Origin: Dicyema japonicum
Lineage: Eukaryota; Animalia; Dicyemida
Assembly: GCA_011109175.1 (NCBI GenBank)
Contig: RDEW01000039.1
Coordinates: 389,817-432,002, forward strand
DNA length: 42,186 bases
Direction: 5' to 3'
Part shown: positions 33,665 to 42,186 of the stretch, piece after piece
Position numbering within the stretch: the first letter of the stretch is position 1
Layout of the letters: every line of letters begins with the position of its first letter
Program-made: the position numbers and the translations under genes
Notes under the pieces: model-generated
The model's input: the letters and a program-made list of their open reading frames with translations, nothing else
What the model was told of the DNA's origin: nothing
Database searches by the model: none

Positions 33665-34239
33665 AATCTAAATACTAATATTTCTAATATATAACAAATT
33701 AATGACTAGTAGGGATATTTACTGTAATTATCACTTTAGGTATACCCATTTATTGTAAGTGGTATTGTGAAAACTATTGGAATATATTGAGAACTATATT
33801 GGGATGATCTGTTAAATGCTCTATTATATGTTATAAATGTTGTAAGGTTTATGGCTTTGAGGGACTAATATATACTTTTGACTACAACGATAGGAAAAGT
33901 AAAATACAAACACATGAGAAGGTAATCTGTTACATTTATTAAATTACCACAATGTTAAATTATTTCACTTCATGGCTTTACAATGTCAAAACTTTTGCAT
34001 TCCCAACTTTAATAATGCGATATCCAAGATTGTCACACAAAAGCAGGTGGATACCCCTCACAACCTCATTATGCTTTTGCTTAATCGTCGATTAACACAA
34101 ATGTTCAGTTCTTATTTGTTGCTTAGAGTGTTGACACCAACCAGCATGTCAACAGAAAAAGTTCATGTCATGTAGGAAAGTTAGAAGCGCCTTCGTTATG
34201 TTTCCATACTGAAGTTATACAGAAATCGCATCTACGTGA

Positions 34240-36520
34240 AAGTTTTTAAAGACATCAAAAAGACGAGTATCCAACTTTAATCCTAGTATTGTTGGAGACT
34301 TATAGGAATTTTATATCCAAACAATTTGATTTTGGGAGAGTATAATGATCTTCTATATGTAGAGAAAATTGTTATAAACGACTTTCCTGTAGAAACTTTC
34401 AGTCGATTTGATGTGAGCTAATGTTCCAGCATACTAATATAACTTTGAAGTTTTATCCCTGCCTTCTCATAGTTGGAGTCTCTCGTTGAAAGAACAATGT
34501 CATCTGCGTATGAGAGTATTAATGTATCGGGATCGTCGTTAGTGGGAAGGTCATTGGTGTACAGGTTGAAGAGCAGGAGAGAGAGGTGAACCTTGAGGGA
34601 CACCATTCGGCAATAAACGGGATTTAGATTTTCTGTTGTCTGACATCACTTGTCCTCTTCTTCCACTTAAAAAGTTCGACAGCCATCTTTTAATGTTTGG
34701 ATTTATAAGAGTGTTAGAAATTTTCTCTATAAGCAGCGTCCGGGAAACGGAGTCGAATGCTTTCTTCAAGTCTATTGAAGCCATTATGGTCCTTTTATGT
34801 GGTTTTGGATAAGAGAATCCATCAGAAATATATTGAGTTTGTTAAGTGAGTCGTAGTAGAATGATTTTCACGGAATCCATGCTGGAATACTCGATTTGGT
34901 ACAATATTTTTGATTCGTGTTAAGATTAATTTTTCTAAAATTCTGGATATGGCACATAGTATTGGAATTGGACGATAAGAAGAGGGATCGTTTGCAGGTT
35001 TTTTTGGCTTCCGAATTGACAAAATTATGGATTTCTTCCATATAGAAGGTATCATATTATTGTTCACAGATATAGTATAAACGTATGATAGGAATTTGGT
35101 TTCTTTTTCACCAAGGTGTTTCAGTTCCATCATCGAGACATTGTCAGCACCTCGGGAACGGGAGTTTTTGGCATCCATGATTGCGTTTCGAACTTCTTGT
35201 GGAGTAAAGACAATCAAATAATATGATGGATACAACTTCTTCTTATAGACTCTGTGTTCCCTCGAGAAATTTTTATGGCTGATCGCATAGTGCTTCATTA
35301 AAATATTTGGGCCGATGTTGCTACATTCCTTTCCGTGGAGGACTTTCTCAAAGCCTTCATTGCAACGTCTCAAATATTTAATATTCTTCCATATCAGCGT
35401 CTCGGATGTATTTGGCGATAGAGAATCAATAAGGGATGTCCATCGCTTCTTGATTCCAGACTGGGTAACTTGTTTAATTTGTATATTCAAGGATTTTATT
35501 TTTTGGAAATCGTCATTTGATAATTCCTTTTGCTTCTTTAATTTATTTCTTTCTCTGAAAGTGTTTTTGTGTGCATATTATAATAGGTACTCCTTGTTTG
35601 ATGGCATTGGAATAGTTTTCTTGCTTTGAATATAATGTCCGTGAAAGTTTTGATCATGTGGTCAATTGATGAGAATTCCAATGTGTAAAATACTTCCATA
35701 TTGGTGTCGATGTAATTAGAGAAGTTGGACCAATCTGCGCTTTCAAAATTAAAAAAGTGGAATTCTGTCTGATAAATTTATTTGCAGTGTTGATTTTCAT
35801 CATAATAGGGTTGTGATCACTTCTTAGTTCATATTTTACAGTCCAGTTGATGAGGGGAAACATTGATGGGGAACATAAGGAGAGGTCAGGGGATGTAGGT
35901 TTGTCTCCTTTTCGAGTAGGTGTTCTTGTATTGTTTATGGTGTTATTCAATATACAAAATTGTCCCAAGTTTCTGGCCAGTAGGTTTCCTCTACTGTCTG
36001 GTTTCTGGCCTTCATACCATAATTGATGTTTGGCGTTGATGTCACCGCATAGTAGTACGTTTTTGAGGTTTGAGAAATTCTGTAGGTTAGGGTAGTACCC
36101 ACTTGGACAGGAGGTAGTAGGTGGAATATATACATTGACAATATTTATAGTTTTCCTAGGAATTCTAACATTTATGACAATTAGTTCCAAAGGGTCATCT
36201 TCTGGATAGAGTTTTCTGATTTTGTTTGAAACATCTTCATATTGAATTCCATTTCTTATTAGTGTCATTAGTCCTCCACCAAGCTTAATCCTTCTGTCTT
36301 TACGGATAATGGAGTATCCGGGAAAGGTTGAAGTTTGTATGTTTGGTTGTAGTTTTGTTTCTTGGACTAGAGCAATGTCAACTTCATTACTATTGAGTAA
36401 GTGGCGGACTTCCAGCACCTTGTTTCGTATTCCGTTGATATTGATCTGGACCAGGTTGATTTTAGGGCTTGGGTTGGATTCGACGTCACCACACAAAATT
36501 AGAGCGTACCTGAAAACCAT
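34240..36520 (-). mobile_element. APE-RT LINE (Ingi/I-group-like), disrupted, with N-terminal 2A-like peptide
   Basis: LILCGDVESNPSP; APE QININGI, LVQETKL, NVYIPP, GDINAK, PDLSL, SDHNPI; RT YRPI, QHGFR, DLKKAFDSV, GVPQGSPLSP, SYADD, NRLKVS. Split into at least four frames. Confidence 0.92.
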
Positions 36521-36599
36521 CCTTCTTCATAGATTGGGATAGGAAAAGTGTAGTTTTTTTCAACATCATGTGATGCACAACACCATCATACAGGTGAAC

Positions 36600-37130
36600 C
36601 ACGCGGAGTTGTTTTTGTCAAGGAGGACTTGCTTCATCGCATTCCTAGTGATCGGGGATCCAAGAAAAATCAATTCCTTTTCAAGGGTGAAATCCCACCA
36701 GGAAAGAAGGAGTAAAATTTTGGAACAATTGAAGAGAAGTCATCGTCAACAAGACCACAGTTTGTTATTTCACATTTCGTTCTATTCAACCCACCTTGGA
36801 CAACGCGGGAATAAGTACTTCCAACTCCTGGAAGACCATCTCCGGGGGACCTCCTAGAACAGCATCAACGAGGTACCAGATGTTGAGTGGGCATCGAGAG
36901 AGCTTTGTAATCCTCACAATTCCGAGTGAGAACAGCAGTGGTCCGAGGGGGTCGCCTTGTTGAACACCCGAGGACGATGAAACCATGAAATCCCCGTGCA
37001 ATAGAGATGTAGGCTTTCCACATGAATAATTGACCAGTTAAAAAATATATGGACATCTTTTTTTGCCTCCAGAATGCAGTATTTTCTTAAACTGTTAAAC
37101 GCGTTCTTCTTCGATAATTTCATTTTACTT
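36600..37130 (-). mobile_element. CRE-like non-LTR retrotransposon RT fragment
   Basis: KNAFNSLR, SSGVQQGDPLGPLLFSL, LNIWYLVD (from YLDD), KCEI, FLGSPI. Confidence 0.85.
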
Positions 37131-37919
37131 ATGTGATAACTTATGAGATATTGCTTCAGATATCCAGAAACGGTTGTAATTGATCTTTAAAATATCTTTA
37201 CTACTGATCTTCAAGTTAGAATAATCAGGATTCTAAGAACTGTGTTCACTTAGTCTGTATTTAACAGCTTATGGAATCTCATGAATGTCAGGAATTATAA
37301 AAGAGATAAATTATCAAAAAAGTATTATCTCAATATAATTTGAGATCACAAACATTTTCGTCAATTGTATTCCATTTAAAGATACTTTTTATAAATATCC
37401 ACTTGGGGACATGACATCAGTCCTATATCACGTCGTTTCTCTGAATTATCTAAATTCAAAGTTCTACATAACCAGATCACAGACCATTCGTGCTAGTGGT
37501 TAACTAGAGGGACGACCTATAAGTCTCAACTTGTTGGGAGTTTATGCTGTATTTAAAAACATCATTATTTCTTCACTAATATACTAAGTTGATCCCACAA
37601 CTGCTGGGAAATGACGTCTTCTACTTTTTATGAGTGATCTGGATTTGACTTGACATCAGTTTTTGTTAGAGTCATAATAACATTGCCATTGATTTTCCAC
37701 TACCTCCGGTCATCTGAATTTTAAATTGACTTATGGTGGTGAGAAAACATAGGTAAATTATATCTAAAGAGGTTATGCAGTTGGGAAGACCGAAGATTAA
37801 AGCATTAAATGAGTTTTTTAGAAAGTAATTATTTTATTTCTGCTGAATTTATTATTGACTCATTAGATTCTGACGGTAGGGGCACAACGAGTGATCCTAT
37901 CATGTAGGAATTAAGGTTC

Positions 37920-38110
37920 AGTCTTACAATAGTTTCATTGACATCTTCATGATCTAATAATAAGCTAAATAATACTAGTAGAATAATCTGTGTGGAAAAT
38001 AAACATAAACATTAAAGCCAGCATTAACAAATCATTTTCATTTACGAGACCGGGGTAAGTAAATAATAAACATGTTAAATGAGTTAATTTAATAAAGGAT
38101 TGGTGGATTT
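37920..38110. repeat. Diverged local duplication; the second copy is split between ~40805-40910 and ~41235-41310
   Basis: Shared TTTCATTGACATCTTCATGATC and TAAGTAAATAATAAACATGTTAAATGAGTTAATTTAATAAAGGATTGGTGGAT; the second copy has ~330 extra nt between the blocks. Confidence 0.8.
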
Positions 38111-39005
38111 GAATTTATGCAAATCCAAAACTTTCTCTCTTTTAAACTTTAAATCACATTTCTTTTGAGTTGGTATTTTAGGGCGGTAGTTCTCAATCTG
38201 AGATGTGGGATTTTCGCTTTTGGGCGATGAATTCTAAATTTGGGTTGTGGGATTTATAATTAATGATATTTTTAAATTTTTATAAAAAGAACTAAAGTAA
38301 AATGGAAAGTAAAAATAGATAAAAAATTTATTTAATTTAATAAAAATAGGTGGAATCAGAAATTCTATCACACATTTTCTCTCTCTAAAACATAGTATAT
38401 CACATTCTCGACACTTGATAGTTGAGGCTAGTAGTTATCAACCTGGGCGGTGGTATTATAATTTATTGATTTTTTATAGAAAAATATTAATGGAAAGTAA
38501 AAATTGATTAAAAATTATCATTTAATTAAATAAAAATTAATTAACCAAATTTTTAGAAGGGTAATATAAATTAATAAGCTTGAAATAAATTTCTTTATGA
38601 CAGGAACCAAAGGGAGGACATCTGCTTGTGGTGACCAAATCAATCTTCCAGTACTTCATTACAGACTTCCGCTTCCGAAGAGAGGTGGGGAAGTAGGTCC
38701 GCCCTCTTTCATTTTTGTCCCACGTCTTACCGTCGCGGACATCACTTCATTTGTTAGTGGAATAGTTTTCATAATGCAATCTTCATCAAAGGATTTGGTC
38801 AGGAAGAAAAATAGGGAGATCCCTTTTAACTACTGTATCGTGCCAGAAATTGGATCTGTTTACAAGAATTGACCTTCGCTGAAAATCCGTCCTCTCGGTA
38901 TCATCTTTGTAAAGACTGACGGGTGCTAGAAGGCAAGTAAACCAGGTGTCTCCCATAACGAAAATTTAAGATAATTTTCGTTAAATTTTATTTTTACACA
39001 TAAAA

Positions 39006-39790
39006 TCAGTTATTAAAAGTTGTTTCCTTCTTTATATCTAGCATGAAATTTCGTAATTTACCCATAATTGGTATATTTGAAGCTGAATTTTGTAGAATAA
39101 ACTTTTCCATAGTCTCAATTGCACACATTTCATCAGAGAAACCAATTTTCTCTATATCTTCATCATTTTTATTCTCTTGATCTTTATCTTCACAAAACTC
39201 AATTGTACCCAAAAATTCGTCATCATTGTTGCTGCAAATTTTATATGTACAATTTTCATTATCATCTGAAACCTGAGAGTCCTCCTTGATAGTAAGTCAT
39301 CATTTATCTGCTTTGCCCAATTGCTAAATGCCTTTTCAAAGCAATTCCTCACTGCCGTTCTTGAAATATCATCCCACGCTTCAATAATCAATGGTATTGC
39401 ATCAACTAGTTTAAAGCTTCTGATTTTTTCATGAAAGTTGATTTTATCTTCTCTTCAGTTAACGTAATATTCCTCATCAGGAGATTTTTATACTTCGCTT
39501 TAAATGATCTGATAATTCCCTGTTCAAGAGGTTGTATTTTTAAGTAGTATTTGCGGATATGAAGAAAAAATCAATTTTACTGAATTTTTTATCAATACAA
39601 TGAACAGGAGCGCAGTCCAACATAAGAAGAATGTTTCGATTTTCATTTTTCATTTTTTCATTAAGATTGTTCATCCAAATTTCAAACAAAATACAATTCA
39701 TCCATGCTTTTTGCTGTTGCCATATGTTAAAGGGAAGTTTTTCAACATTCAAATTTTTTAGGTAGGTGTATTTAAAAAACAATGCGGTTT
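39006..39790 (-). mobile_element. pogo/Tigger DDE_1 transposase remnant
   Basis: KAWMNCILFEIW, RNILLMLDCAPVH, FISANTT*..QPLEQGIIRSFKAKY, DAIPLIIEAWDDISRTAVRNCFEKAF. Confidence 0.9.
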
Positions 39791-42186
39791 GTCACAATTA
39801 AACACATCTTTGAGATCATATTATGACATTTTCGATAAAAAGTCAACATGGCTTTTATATAAAAATATAGGATTGACTAATTGTTCGTCTCCTGATGTAG
39901 AACGAAATTTTTTTTGTTAAATTAAAAAAACATACTGTAATAATAATTTTATTGTGGCGAACCAAAAGTCAAATAAAATATTAATATCTGTTATACCTTG
40001 GCATATTCACTTTTTGTATTGCTCTTGAAATAATTCTATATGCTGTAAAAAATACGCTATTTTTAAATTAAACGGGCGAGCATATTCTTATAGCAACTTT
40101 ATTTTAAGATTTGACAGTATAAGCTGCTAATAATTTAATAAACTGTTTTACTGAAATTGAAATAATGCCAATATCGGAATCAGAATTCGTTTAAATTGAT
40201 GAACTGATGACGTCTATCACTTAATATTCGAACATTATTTCAACTTCAAGACATGTATCCCTATATTTCATAATATTCATATTTATTACCAACATGAGTC
40301 AAGTATATTGGTTTTCCATTATTTTCAACTTTATTGACTTTATTTCCGAGATTGTCTGATTTTTAGTTATTTATGGAATTCCTCATTATTATTGGTTTTC
40401 GAATAGAGAATATTGCCCTGGTTTTTCTAGTATTGTAAACCTTTGGAGATTGAATGATGTTTTATTTGACCTTGAGACCCTTGAGAGAAGGCGAGTGGGG
40501 GACAAATATTCGTGAGTTACTACAGACGGCTTATGGGGAACTGATATTGAGACGATCGACGAATGTTGCTGGCGTAAGAATTTGATGATGCGATAACTCA
40601 CCTATTGAATTGTCTACTAAAAAATTGTGTTTGGATCCTGCTCAGAGGAAGAGGAATTAGTGAGATGTTTAGTCTTTTCTTGAATACTAATATTATTGGG
40701 GGGAAAATTTCACATTTATGCCTATTTTAGTTTTCAACAGTGGGAGAAGCGAATGAGAGTAATATTTATTAATGACGATGTATCGTAAAGGTCACAAAGT
40801 TTCTGTTTACAAGAATTTCATTGACATCTTCATGATCGAATAAAATGCTAAATAATACTGGGAGAATATTCTGTATGGAAAATGAACATAAAGATTAAAG
40901 CCAACATTAACAAATACGCATATTGAATAAAAGGAATTTCATAAACAAATCTGCAATTATTAATAAATTTTTTGGTTTTATGTTCTTAAAGTTTATATGA
41001 CAATTTTGTCAATTGGTTAATTGGTCGGACCTCTATTGGTATCAATGTCCACGTAACTTCGTTATAGATGATGTCTTCCTACTTCACGTGATCATAGAAG
41101 AGGTAATGGTCTCAGGAGACATAATTAGTCAATTGAATAATCTCAGGGAAAACAATAAATCTTTTACATCGGATAAGCTCATTGGTTATTTAGGAACATA
41201 TCCCATATACTTTTTATTGTTAGCCAACAAGTTCATTTCATTTGAGTGGGGTTTAAGTAAATAATAAACATGTTAAATGAGTTAATTTAATAAAGGATTG
41301 GTGGATCAGAATTTAATCCTATCCATAGTAATCCTGTCAATATATTTAGTTTAATAACCCCGTTAGTTGATTGTTTAAGGTAGTGGTTTGTGCCTATTTT
41401 AACTTCACATTTGTGCCTATTTTAGTTTTCCATTGTGGGAGAAGCGGATGATAGATGATCCTTAGTTAAAATAGAACAAATTTCTATTTGGTCTATTTTG
41501 CTGAAATACATTGATAACATGGCTATTTCTTGTCTATGATGGTTGCATATTTATCTTCAAATACCCTACTAACATGTTTAGATTTGCATTTTAGGACATT
41601 TTTATATGACTAAATAAATTTTGTGTGAATATTGTTTGAAACCTCGCTTTTAGCCTCCAACGCAAACAACTGAGAATACAATGGTACCCATGCTTTGATG
41701 GTTGATTACAAAGTTTCCTTCTGCACCAAAATAGAATAAAGCTGATCCCAAGTATTCTGAGTAATATTCTGGACTTATTTTGCTCATAAATTGGATCCAT
41801 TTCGATTTCCATTCATTTAGTGAATTCTGCATTTCTTAAATTAAGCGAATTTTTGTTTATATACTCAAAATTTGGCGTTGCATTAAAGTTCAAAATTAAT
41901 TGTTTATAATATTAATTTGAGATTATAAAATTTCAACTGAATAGTTTCTAATGCTATATTACATTTTATTTACTATTCCCTGATACACATACAAGGAAGT
42001 TAACAGTCAACCACTAATTATGTCCAGTTTTTATGTTCCCAGTCACTGAAAAACGATTTTTTTAAATATACAGAAACGAGTTTATAACCACAGTTGTGGA
42101 AACACCGTCCTGAACAGACGTCCCTGAGAGAGGATCACATAACGCCACGGTATTTGAACAAAGGAAGAAAGGGATAGCATAGAAGA

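Noticed and set aside
1-42186. CRISPR arrays, rRNA, prokaryotic operons or defence systems
   Set aside because: No regularly spaced repeat-spacer arrays or rRNA-like conserved tracts; the architecture is eukaryotic (spliceosomal introns, LINEs, SINE).

Overview
AT-rich eukaryotic scaffold of draft quality, with four N gaps and five single-N joins. It is not prokaryotic: no CRISPR array, rRNA or intact tRNA was found. Most of the window is transposable-element debris: about eight RTE-like LINE pieces, I/Jockey-group, Ingi-like and CRE-like LINEs, pogo/Tigger, hAT and Tc1/IS630-like DNA transposon fragments, and a tRNA-derived SINE with a TSD. One apparently intact 1163-aa RLE-type (R4/Dong-like) retrotransposon ORF is present. 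Host genes are largely invisible to the ORF track because they are split by 23-27-nt GT-AG introns. These are a cathepsin L-like protease (974-2133, -), an SLC17/sialin-like MFS transporter (~8430-9922, +), an orphan micro-exon gene (~27984-28530, -) and the 3' end of an FHL/limpet-like LIM protein (33313-33664, +). The FHL-like gene points to an animal host with ultra-short introns; a dicyemid or myxozoan is a plausible inference, not established. The first ~12.6 kb is dense in small deletions, probably consensus error rather than real pseudogenisation. Top leads are the micro-intron genes, the intact RLE element, a 2A-like peptide on an APE-RT element, the SINE, and two segments with HDV-like helix order but non-canonical cores.
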